From the NCBI GenBank assembly GCA_043228905.1, contig JBHGNT010000018.1:13268001-13332000 (forward strand): 64,000 bases of DNA, written 5' to 3'. This stretch comes from Azolla caroliniana (Eukaryota > Plantae > Polypodiophyta). The translations under genes were made by a program, and so were the position numbers. Below, one piece after another: positions 35,297-48,459 of the stretch. Under the pieces are notes generated by a model. The model worked only from the letters and a program-made list of their open reading frames with translations. It ran no database searches and had not been told where the DNA came from. Each line of letters starts with the position of its first letter. The stretch's first letter is position 1.

Positions 35297-38200
35297 ACTG
35301 TGTCGTGCCTTTCGGCTTCGGATCGTTTGCGTGAGTCGGGTGGGAACCACTGGGGTTTTGGACTAGGAAGAGGAGAATTTTAAGGCTAATAAGAATATAA
35401 ATATGTTGTAAGAAAGAGTTATAGCAAACTCGTGAATCCCACGAGTGTATTGTATTTGATTAATCAATATGAATATAAGAATATAAATTTGGGTTGAAAG
35501 AGAATGATATAGAATCCTCGTGAATCCCACGAGTATAGTTTATTAATTGGTGTTTTTTTAGAAACATATCCAGTTTCCAAATATTTTTCACACACCTATT
35601 ACATTGTGCTCCCCATCCTTATGTAGTGATGGGAGAGACTAAGCATAGCTACATGCTTTTTTTCTAATATGTTCATGCACACTAAATATGCATGTGATGC
35701 TTTTCTAATCCTTGCTTTTATTTGCTAAATATAGTGCTCATGCATGCTAGATGTGCACGAGTCACTTTTTAGTTGCTTGCGTTTTTTCTATAAAATATTC
35801 ACACACTCTAAAAATGCACGATTTACCTTTTAATAAAGGTAGGCGCAAATAAAGCACTTATAGTTATTAAATCTATTTATAGAACACTAAAGATAAGGTA
35901 GTATAATGGTAAAGTTGAGGTTTGGCTACGTGGAGGTACAGGGTTCAAATCTTGCCCTATGCACGTGATAAATATCTTGATATTCTTATTTTATTTATTT
36001 ATATGTAATTAAATCGGTTATATTATTTTTACTTTTTTACGTAGTGTACGAAATACACTACGACAACGTTGAACCCCCTTGAGAGGGGGGTGGAGCCATT
36101 CTAGGCACCACCCCCCACCCCGCAATGCTTCTCAATGCTTGTCTTGCATCTTCATGATCTCTCACCATCATACCATTCATCATCTCCACAATTACACAAT
36201 GTCTATCTTCATCATCAATCATCATCATTATCATTCTCATTAACCCTAACCCTAAAAACCTACAACACCTGGGTCTTCGAATAAATCAATAGATCATCCA
36301 AATAGATGATCAAACAGATATCCAAGAGATCTCTGAATATATCATTTGTCATGTGTTGGATGACTGCGGGCGCATTGGTTAGACCGAATGGCATAATGGT
36401 ATGCTCGAAGTGCCCATATCGGATGCGAAAAGAGGTCTTCCATTCGTCTCCTAGTTGGATCCGCACGAGGTTATATGCTCCTCGTAAGTCGATTTTTGGC
36501 AAAAACTTGGCACCATTTACATGTTCTAATAGACTTGATATAAGGGGAAGTGCATACCTATTCCGAATGATGACCTTATTCAAGCCGTGGTAATCAACGA
36601 TGAGACGAAGGGATCCATCTTTCTTTTTGACAAAGAAAATGGGTGCACCGGCCGGAGATTTCAAATGACGAATAAACCTGCTTGCCAAATTCTCTTCTAT
36701 GTAGCCTCGAAGGACTTCCAACTCGGTCGGTGGCAAGTTGTAAATCGGTCCCACGGTGGCTTTGTTCCTGGTTGTAAATTGATGGGACAATCATAGGGAC
36801 GATGATGAGGAAGAGTACCAGCTCTGACCTTGTCAAATACATCGGCATAAGGATGATATTTCGTGGGAAGTTGAACTAAGGATTCCTTTTTAATAGTGCT
36901 GGAAGGATGTACTGATATTGCAACTAGAAACATTGACTCCTTGCGTCCTTCTTTGCGTAATTGATGGAGTGAAATGGTTGAAACTCGATGAGTAGATCCT
37001 TGGGGTTGTCGATACCAGACTTCTCTTGTTCTCCAATATATGTCTAGATTATGTACCTCAAACCAAGGTATCCCAGGACAATGGGATGCTCTGGACTACT
37101 AATTATATTAAATGATACCACACACACAAAGCTATCTAGGACAACCTGAATGGGTTCTGACTCTTCTACGATATTCCTAGAAGCAATGGGACGGCCATCA
37201 ATGACTACTATAGATCCGGGGCAATGAAGTTTTCTTAAGGATATCTAAGAAGGTTGGACAAAATTCCGATCCATGAAACAGGAATTGGCTCCGGAATCTA
37301 AAAGTGCTAAGACATGTATTGGAGGGGTACTTTTAGTACTAATCATGACATGGGCTAAGAACACATTGCTAACTTGCTTAGAGGGAATGGAACCACTAAT
37401 GGGCCGCACAGATCTAGGGCTGTCCAACCAAACAACTCCTATTTTGGTTGGACTTAGTCGTTTAACTCTTCCTCTAATTGACTAAGGATTTCAAATTTGT
37501 TTGAGATACTTGGGCTATTAGTACTATTAATACTATCCGACACTCCTAAGGGAATTGACTCGAGTTTAGTACATGCTACGATTTGATTTACCTATCTTCT
37601 TGGCCTATGGGGACAGTTGATGGCGATATGCCCTGGTCCATCGCAGTAAAGACATAATCGATTTGCACGTCATCGTTGCTTTTCTTCTTCTGATAATGGT
37701 CCACGTCCACGCATGGTGTCGATCTCCATCGGCGTCAGAGTATTTGCCTGAGATATGTCTCGTGCAACCGGTTTAGTTGCGACTGAGGCGTATGTGGGCT
37801 CTGGCCTAGACCGTGGCATTTGAAATTGAAGTTCCGAACGTCGTTCGAAAAGGCCATTGTTGCATCGGACCACTCGACTGATTGCCCATGTAAGAGATTT
37901 TGGTTCTTTGTGAAAGGTTAAAAGTAAATCTTTGACGTCGTTTCGCAGGCCGTAGCGGAACTGCTCCATTAGTGCTTGATCATCCTAGGGGATATTTGAG
38001 GTCAGTAGACGGAAATCCGCCGCGTAGGCAGAGGTTGGATGATCACCTTGATGCAATCGTCGGATTTTTTTGATCGTCGTCCTAATGTTGTTGGTATCTC
38101 CAAAGCAGGCTTTAAACTAGCTAATGAAGTCTTCCAAGTTATTAAGCAAAGGAGATTGTTTTTCCAAAAGTGGAGCGAACCGCTAAGACACTCTATCTCG

Positions 38201-38402
38201 GAAAAAACGAATTCATATTCCTAGGCACTAATAGTGGCCATAGTATTGGAAAAAGGGGTAAGAGGATGAGGGAAACCAAAAAGAAGACCAGAGCGAAAAA
38301 TTGGTTCAAACTATCAGGAATAATACTAAAATAGAGAGAGAATTAGTACTAGAGAAGGAAAGTACTATTAGTACTAAGAGGACGGACTACGTAAGACTCA
38401 CG

Positions 38403-39622
<1,220 letters not shown>

Positions 39623-39917
39623 GTGATGATAACAGATGATATATTATGTGAAGAGTAAGTACAAATAGTTATGAGGCTTAAGACTGGCGTTGAACCAATT
39701 TGGTTTGAAATAATGCCTTGTGCGTCTTTTTATAGTGTTCTCAGGAATAGTCCTGAAGCTTCTAGAATGTTCTAAAGAAATCTGGAATATACAATAATTT
39801 TCGATAGTAAAACTTAAATGAAAATAATATTTGCGTATTACAATAGATAATGTAATGGTCAAGAGTTCGACCCATATAACATAAGGTTATGGGTTCGAGT
39901 CTTGCCATATCATGACA

Positions 39918-40292
39918 GATAACAATTGAAAATAGACATAGGTTTAATGGAAGCTTGAATCACACAGACATAGAGCGGGAGAGATAGAGAGAGTAGAACA
40001 ACATAAACTCAATTCAAAATAATAGCAGTCTATACATACAATGTGCTCTGTGAGCACTTTTATACAAGTCCTAAAGAGGACCTGATAGAAGTACTTACAA
40101 GTACTTCAATGCTCATATGAGCGAATTACACTAACTCCAAGGAATTTGCATACGTACTAGGCTAAGATTGTAGACCTCCAAAGGCCTACCAGTTACAATC
40201 CAATCTGTCACTCCGATCTCTCTCTTGGTTCTGGATACCTATCTGGTTCTCCGTTCTAGATACCGATCCGACTCTGGCTTATTCAGCTCAAC
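39918..40292 (-). repeat. copia LTR fragment
   Basis: reverse-complement similarity to LTR 10945-11369 (GCTCATATGAGCATTGAAGTACTTGT, TATAAAAGTGCTCAC). Confidence 0.8.
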
Positions 40293-40474
40293 TTGAGGTC
40301 AGATCGTGGTGTTAGTGTCTGCCGGTCCTTCTTTCCATCTCCTCTTGGCATATTCCCTCCTTGCTCGCGCTCCTTGACCCGTCCGGCTCCGCTTTCCACG
40401 ATCCGTTCGGTCCTGCACAACTCAACCTTCTCGGTCGGTTTGTCTGCTCATAAGGGCCATCTCAATGCCTTTAT

Positions 40475-43400
40475 TGAGATGGGAAAAGCGGAGGAAGATG
40501 GACGTGAAAGCCAAACAATGTATCTTGGTTGGCTACTTAGATGAGCAGAAGGGTTATAAGTGTTATAACCCCTGATCGAAAGAGGTCCAAGTAAACCGAG
40601 ATGTCGTTTTTGATGAGTAAACTTCGTGGTACGTGCCTTCACCTTCAACTCCCATCCACTCCATTCTGAATTTTGAGGAAGAGGGCAATGCGGCTGAGAT
40701 GCCTCTTGATGAAGAGGAAATCAGAACTCTAGAAGAAAGTCCGATCTCATTTCGGCTAAGTGGGCTCAATGAACGACTGAGTCGAACGGACCAGTCAGAT
40801 GAAATTCCACCGAGTAGTGGAGACTCGGCCGGGCAATCCCCATGCCAAAAATCTAGGAGACGATTTATGCGCAAGGAGAAAGGGAAGATGAAGATGTGGA
40901 TCGAAGTCAATACGACACGGCTAGAAGCATGGAGGGACCTCTAAAGATGAGGTCGAAGTTGGCCGAGAGGGCCACGAAATCGGCGAACTAGAAGTTGCGC
41001 CGATCCACCCGCCAAAAGAATCCCATAATTTGGTATGGCTACAATGAGTATCTGGTGCATCATTATGCATATATGGCGAAGGTGGAAAATGTGCGTGAGC
41101 CGGAGAGCTACATAGAAGCATCCAAGGACGCGATTTGGTGTGCCGCTATGGAGGAAGAGATGCGCGCGCTAATGGAGAACGAAACTTGGGACCTAGTTGA
41201 CACCCCCAAGATTGTGAAGCTGATCGGATGTAGGTGGGTGTACAAGGTCAAGTACAATGTTGAAGGCTCAGTCAACCGATATAAGGCCCGATTAGTGGCA
41301 AAGGGCTACGTGCAACAACACGGCATCGATTACGATTAGATCTTTGCGCAAGTCGAGAAGATGACAACTGTCCGTGTATTGTTGGTGGTATGAACGACAA
41401 AGGGGTTGCACTTACATCAAATAGATGTAAAGAACGCGTTCCTGCAAGGCGATCTTGAGGAACAAGTGTACATGGTGCAACCCCCTGGATTTCTATCCGA
41501 ATGAAACACCTCGTAGTTTACCAATTGAAGAAGTCGTTGTATGGATTGAAGCAAGCCCCATGTGCCTGGAACGTGAAGATCTTGCAAAGGTTGCGTAAGA
41601 TGGGGTTTGCTCCATCAAAATTGGACTCTTCATTATTCATTCGGTAGAGTCGGACTGGACCGATTAGCCTTCTGCTATATGTTGATGATCTAGTCATCGC
41701 CGGTGCCGACCTCAGAGAAATCAGTTGAGTAAAGTCTCAGCTTGCGGCATCATTCAAGATGAAGGATTTGGGGGACCGTCATTACTTCCTTGGGATCGAA
41801 GTGATGGGAACGCCCAAAGCCATATTGATCAACCAACGCCATTATGTGTTGAATATGCTTTTCAAGTTCGGGATGACGTATTGTAAGTCCACTTCGACCC
41901 CTCTGGACAGAAATGTTAAGCTTCGCCGAGATTCGGGAGAAGCATGCGACCCGAGACAGTTCCGACAAATTGTCGAGAGCCTTACTTATTTGACGATCAC
42001 TTAGTGGAACCTCAGTTACCCGGTCGGCCTGATCAGTCAATTCATGTCACAGCCAAAGGCTGAACACCTTAAGTGCATGCAAAGGATATTGCGATATGTC
42101 AGTGGCACTAAGGATACAACATTGTTGTATCGGGCCAGAGTAGCCGAAGAGTTAGTCGACTCCTTGAATGCCGATTGGGCCGGAAATGCCCGTGATCGCA
42201 AGTATACATCTGGATTTGTGTTTTCACTGGGAAGCGTTGCGATTGCCTGCAACTGTAAGAAGCAGCCGACAGTGGCATTGTCAAGCATTGAGGCCGAGTA
42301 TCGAGGGGCGGCTATCGCTACGTACAAAGCCATATGGCTCAAAACGTTGTTGAAGGATCTGCATGTAGAGGTGTCCGTGTCGATGATGATATACTTTGAC
42401 AACCTCAGCAACAACCAACTTGCAAAAATCCCTATCTTCCATGCCCGGACAAAGAACATCGAGCTGCACTATCATTTTGTCCGCGAGCAAGTCCTCTCCA
42501 GATAAGTTGAACTGGTGTATGTTCCAACTAATCGGCAAGCCACCGATATCTTCACCAAACCTCTTGGCCTAGACAAGTTGTGGCAATTCTCGGGCATGTT
42601 TGGCATACAACACCTCAATATGCCGAACTTGAGGGGCAGGCGTGAAGCCGAAAAGGAGAGAGACGAAGTCCGAAAAGTTGAATCAGATGAAGAATTCGAT
42701 TTCCGCATGACTAAAGAAGTCAGAGCATCTGAATCGGCTAGTCGAGGACGTGTAGATAGATGAAGGAAGAGCAACTAAGTAGAGACTAGCTAGATGCAAG
42801 GGAGCGGTCAGAAGACAGAGCCGAAGCCTGAGCCAACGGTACCAAGGGGAAGTGAAGCCAAGAAGAGAAAGAAAGGTGACAGAGTATCAAAGGACAGAGC
42901 CGGCCGAGAGAAGGCCAAGACGAAGACATGGGCAGATGTGGTCAAGGGCTTGAAGGAGGATGAATTGGAGACAACCAATTCGGACAAGAGCTGGGATGAA
43001 TCGGAACCAGCCAATTCGATCATGGAAGGTGATTCGGACGAGCCGAATTCGACAGAGGCCAAGCGGAGGAGGAGGCAACCGAAGCCAACGCCGACACGGA
43101 GGAGTCGACGGGTCAAGGGACGCCAATACCTCGAGAGAAAAGGAGCTGACAAGGGCCTTCGAAGCCCTGAAAACAGACAAGCGGACCGTAAGGGTCGAGG
43201 TGCGCAAAACTAGTTGCGTTGAGGAGCGCCGGATGGAAGGGGTCGTGGGACACGAGGCCGAATTGGATGAGGAGCACGAGAAAGGCGTTGGGATGCTAGG
43301 AGAAGAGCCTGGAATGATGAACCAACTGGAACTGACATGGAAGAACCTCAAGTTGAGCTTGAGGGGGAGTGTTGAGAGACCAACTCAACATGGGCCGAAT

Positions 43401-43665
43401 CAGCTGAAGAAGATGAGGGTCGAGAGTCAAGAGCTGGGAGCCGAATCGAAAGGATTCCGGAAGGCCGTTGAGGGTCTATATTTCTATTATAGTAAATAGG
43501 AATAATGTAGGCAGAATTAGTGTCAGGCTCATTTATGAGCATTCAAGTACTGACAATACTTGTGTCAGCCCACTCTTTAGGGGCTTGTATAAAAAGTGCT
43601 CACTTAGCACAACGTATATACAGAGTGTTCATTATTCGAAATAAAACTTGTTGACCACAAACACC
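40475..43665 (+). mobile_element. degenerate copia 3' half: end of IN, RT, RNase H, ~700-bp 3' extension, PPT, 3' LTR from 43370
   Basis: CRWVYKVK..YKARLVAKG; YVDDL; HARTKNIELHYHF; DIFTKPL; GAGGGGGAG followed by TGTTGAG. Confidence 0.92.
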
Positions 43666-46255
43666 CATCGAAGATCCCGAAACTTGGCACACTTATACAG
43701 AGAGACTTTACCAAATCCCAAACCAACCACCCATTCCAATGCCTTCTACAGCCCGACCTACTGTGGGGACACTCTTCACGACCTCTAGGGTCACGAAGGT
43801 CATAAAGAAATTACAACATAGGAAGTCCATGGATCACACAGGATTGCGAGTAGAACACATCATATATGCGAGAGAGTGCCTAGCTCCCTTGCTAACTCTA
43901 ATCTTCAATCGTGCCCTCGCAGAGGGTTTTCCACCACAATGGACCATGAACACAGTGGCCCCCATACATAAAGGGGGGGGCCCCATGGACCCAAATACTT
44001 ATAGGACCATTATGATAGGTCATACCCTTGCTAAATTATATGGTGCAGTAATGGAGGCAGAGCTTAGCGAGTATATGGAGACCTTAAATCTTCGTGCACC
44101 TGAACAGGTTGGCTTTAGACGAGCCTTCTCCACTATTGATCATATCTTCACACTTAGATGCTTAATTGACCAGACTAAGGCTCGCAAGAAGAAACTATAT
44201 TGTTGTTTTGTGGACTTCCGCAAAGCCTTTGTCACAGTCCCTAGAGAGCGGTTGTTTGATAGGCTTAAGAGCTTGAGGATACCAAATGACATGGTTTGGG
44301 CCATCTACGCACTATATGAACAAGTGTCCGGGTGTGTTCGATGCCCAGGTGGCATATCCGATAGTTTCACTAGCACTATTGGTGTAAAACAAGGTTGCCC
44401 CCTATCTCCAACTCTTTTTGGGATCTACATTGATGAGATCATAGATTTTATTGCTCGTAAGGGAGGCAATGGAGTAGTCCTTGGGGATACGTAGGTGCGT
44501 ATCTTGCTCTATGCAAACGACATAGTTTTGCTCTCTGAATCCGAACACGACCTACAAAGGCACCTTAATGACTTAGATGACTTTTGCACACAACCAGGAT
44601 TGGTAGTGAATCTAGGGAAAACTAAAGTCCTTATCTTCCACACGTCGGCCCAAGTTAGAGCTAAGTGTCACCTAACTATCTCCCATAGCCCAGTTGAGGT
44701 GGTTGGATCATATGTCTATCTCGGAGTCACTTTCAGTGCCCACTCAGGTAAATTTTCGATGACACAAGCAGCGAAGGATAGACTTACAAGAGGACATGCA
44801 TCCCTCTCGCTCCTCGAGAGACAATGCCACCAAGCATACTTCCAAGAGCCACGAACTAAAGGGTGGCTCTTTGACTCATTAGTGACTCCCTCTCTCATGT
44901 ATGCATCAACGGTTTGGGCTCCAGGACTACCATCTTTCATGTGGACACAATTAGAGAGACCATTGGTGATGATGTTATCACGCCAACTCCGAAGCAAATC
45001 ATCGGTCCCATATGACATTATTAGGGCTGAGTTCACTCTACCCCTTGTGTTAGTAGAAGCACTTTTTCAACTTGTAGTCTTTATCCACAGGATACATAAC
45101 CAACCACTTGATAGAATATCCCACTAAGCCTTTAAGGCTTCTCGAGCACTGTATGAGTCCGGCTATACTAGCTCATGGTATGGCATGATGGTGAGTTGAC
45201 TTCTTGCCAACGGTCTAGACATTAATAACCTCCCCCCCCTTAAGTACGACCACACGACTGATAACACTTTAATCTCTCATGAGGACCATAATAAAGTAAT
45301 ACGCCAAGAAATATGGCAAATTTATACTCGGTATAAATGGATCACCCCACTAGAGCCACTCCCATCTAAAATGTCGTACGATAAGGAACACTTTATGCAC
45401 TTCTCTGAGTTAGGTTTTATCACGCGCCCAAAATATCTAGATGTATTCTTACCACATGCACTAAGGGTTGCCATTGGTCAACTTAGAATATCATCTCACC
45501 AACTTGAGATTGAGAATGGATGTACTAATGGAGTCCCTAGGGAGGAAAGGATATGTAGGTTATGCCACATAGAGATAGAGGATGAGTACCATTTTACATG
45601 CAAATGCCCCACCTATGCCGAGATAAGGGCAAAATACCAAGACATACTTGGTTCCTCTCCCACCCTCCCTAAACTATTAGATACACTAGATATAAAGAAA
45701 TTAGGTAGATACATCTTAGAATTGAAACAACACAGAGAGAATAAGTTACAAAATGCTGATAATAATGTTGCTAATGTTTACCAACATGTAACAAATGAAG
45801 TTTTTCAGGAACAGGGGGAGACAATGAATGTCGACACACCTGCACCACTCGGGCTTTTCCTTGATGAAGCAGAAAATCAAAGAAGAACCAAACACCCTCG
45901 GATGCCGGGTTTCAAAGCAACTCGACGAGATGGAGAAGCAATAAAGAAAATAAGGGAACGTGAACTACACCGCCTAGAAGCCATGGCTAGGGCACTCTAT
46001 GCATCGGGACCATGGGTCACACCCACACCAACAACTTTTGACCTCCCACTTCTTTTTGAGAGACTTGGGTGGAAATGAGATTAGGCTTAGTGCAAAGTTT
46101 TGTACACTAATAGAACTTTCTTAGCTTAAGCTATTTTCTTTTATTTTAGTTTTGATGATTGGATAAACACTCATTTTTGTTGTAACCCAATTGTCTCATG
46201 GGCCAAATTTGGCCTTAGAAGACGTTAATATATCTTTCTTTCTTTCTTTCTTTCT
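43666..46255 (+). mobile_element. 5'-truncated non-LTR retrotransposon (RTEX-like LINE)
   Basis: RT QVGFR..FVDFRKAF..GVKQGCPLSP..YANDIV..YLG; C-terminal CRLC..EDEYHFTCKC; (TCTT)n tail; TSD AACACC at 43660-43665 and 46256-46261. Confidence 0.92.
43739..46078 (+). pseudogene. LINE ORF2 (RT plus zinc knuckle) with three in-frame stops
   Basis: ORFs 43739-44494, 44495-45127 and 45371-46078 share one frame. Confidence 0.9.
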
Positions 46256-46281
46256 AACACCATTCTCTGTGTTTGCCTAAT

Positions 46282-46903
46282 TGTCAAGTTTCCGAAACCA
46301 ACCATGTAGTCAGTGTCTATCGCAAACGCTTCTACACAATATTCGGATGCAAAGAAACGAGCAAGGTAGTGCACAGACAAAACTAAAAACCGAAAACAGA
46401 AAGTACATAGGCAGAGGTATTTTTAACGTGGAAAATCCAAAAAAACCATGTGGAGTCCACAAACTCGAAAACGAATCACTATAAAGGGAGGAGTACAACA
46501 AAAGGATTTAAGGCAACAACCTTGAACTTTTGTTTGTCGACTAATGACTACAGAGTTACGCACACTCTCACTCCGACTCTCACTCAATCACTCTCGCTTA
46601 GTTATAGAGACAACTACCTTCTACAGTAACTATAAAAAGGACTGTTCATAATCATAATGATTGTCCACTTTGACTCTCACTCACTCACTCTCGCTTAGTA
46701 TTTATACCAATACAACTTTCTAGGCTATCTACAGATATAGTCCACAAGGGGCACATTAAGACTATTTACAAATATAGTCTCCCAAATCGGCTATTAAATC
46801 GATTATTCGATTGTTCTATTTTCGACTGAGGTCGAATTTCCTATCGACTCTTTATTCGATTCGGCTCGTACTCTTCCCATCTGGAGGGACCTAATTCCCA
46901 ATA
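46282..46903 (-). repeat. copia LTR, solo or orphaned
   Basis: minus strand starts TATTGGGAATTAGGTCCCTCCAGATGGGAAG and contains TTTTCCACGT like LTR 3341; left boundary uncertain. Confidence 0.7.
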
Positions 46904-48080
46904 GAATGACCACCAATAAGCAAACGAATGAGGCAGACACTGCGGGGCCAAGAAGAAGAAACACATGAAGAGCAGGAGTTTCGGTTGTTAAGGGAAGCAT
47001 GAGGACAACATTTAGACTTGCGGGGGGCGGTGTAGGAGTTTGCCGCAATCACCCAATACGGTACCTGTCAACAACTTGTTGAATGGCTAGAATAGCAGAT
47101 TACTAGGGTAGCAACATGGATGGAAGCGGAATAAAAGGAATGGATCAACCTTCCCACATAGACGGAGAAAACGACTGTGATGGCTAAACAACTGAAAGAA
47201 GCCAACAATTGCATTCAGGCAGTAGAGGAGGAGTTGAAGAGGGCACAAGAGTGATTGTCCATACATGGAAATCTAGGCCGAGAAGACGCAACAGAGCGTG
47301 AGCCAATTGTACCGGACACAATACCGGAGGCGTCCAGGAGGGAGGAACCGGTTGCGGACACGGCACCGGAGAGAGAAAATAATGGGAGAGAGAGATAGAC
47401 ATTTTGAAGGACGAATTGGTCGTGTAGGCGGCAATGAAGGAGAAAGAGAAACAATTACGCAAAGTAGTTGAAGACGAGAAACAAAGAATGGAGGAGGGAC
47501 TCCGAAGAATGCAAGGAAACATGGATCGACTAAAAGAAGAAAAAGAGGTGTTATAGCAAGAGAAGGGCAAGCTCTGAAGGATGGTGGAAACTGAAATCAA
47601 GAGACTAAAGGAAGAGTTCCGACAACAAAAGGACCGAGACAATTGGTTGTGTGCACAATCGAACCAACGTCTGAAAGAAAAAACTGAGGATTTTAAGAAA
47701 TTGTACTAGGAGCATAAGGATCTAGAAAAGGAATAATATGACCAATGGCGCAAAAAACTAAAGGAAGTCCGCACAGAAGTAAAAGAGAAAACAGAGCCCT
47801 TGGCGGTGCAAGAAAAAGTCCTTCAAGGAACGACGATGAAGCTATTAGGGGACTGCGAAGAAATGGTCAGAGTTACTGACGGAACAAAACCGGATTATAG
47901 AAAATCAAGGGAAGTGCTGAATAGGGTCAAAAAACCTATCAAACAAGGAATAGGAGCGACAAAGTTGATCAAACAACTCAAGTAGGTGAAACAGGCCATA
48001 GAGGAAAGAGTGCAGATGGGGATCAAATGAATCCGGCTTATTGTTGGAGGCCGGTGTTGTCCGTGGGACAGATTGGTAAT
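46904..48080 (+). pseudogene. third, diverged copy of the gypsy extra-ORF coiled-coil region
   Basis: DRLKEEKEVL*QEKGKL*RMVETEIKRLKEEFRQQKDRD versus DRLKEEKEKLLQEKDKLRRMAEMEIERLKEELQQQKDRED. Confidence 0.75.
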
Positions 48081-48459
48081 TTGGGTATGAAATGAATCTA
48101 CATGTAGGTGATGTAGGTAAAGGAAACTGTAATAGGGAAGGTAGTGAAGAAAATGCAGCCATAAAATGTGGCGCTGAAAACGAGTAAAGACTGAAGCACG
48201 CCAAGCGAGAAAGAAAACTATAAAATGTGAAGCAGAAACGAAACAAGAAAAGAGGACAAAGGAGGGAAGAGAAGCTACTTATTTAGAATAGGAATACAAT
48301 ACTAAGACACGTAGGATATCTGATTGAGCTTTCTATTTATAACTCGCGTTGTGTATTACTATTCCGGATTACATAATATATATCTAGTTTTGGGTCCAAT
48401 CTGTTTTATGTCTTGGGATTATTTTTGAACTATAAAATCTTGAATTAAGATCCTGTTTT

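Larger units (their letters stand above)
32512..36065 (-). mobile_element. young non-autonomous gag-only LTR element (TR-GAG-like)
   Basis: 765-bp LTRs 32512-33276 and 35301-36065 identical by eye; TSD ACGT; tRNA-Trp PBS; purine-rich PPT; no pol. Confidence 0.93.
30169..36267 (+). mobile_element. 3' region and split 3' LTR (32187-32511 plus 36070-36267) of another LTR element, probably gypsy
   Basis: TGTT...AACA termini, CCAAT, CTATTTAA and CT-rich R/U5 on the plus strand; preceded by the same tRNA-like motif. Confidence 0.7.

Noticed and set aside
36241-36255. TAACCCTAACCCTAA telomere-like repeat
   Set aside because: Only 2.5 units in an LTR U5; at most a telobox
48103-48372. Possible solo LTR (TGTAG...TTACA)
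   Set aside because: No TSD, PBS, PPT or second copy in the window
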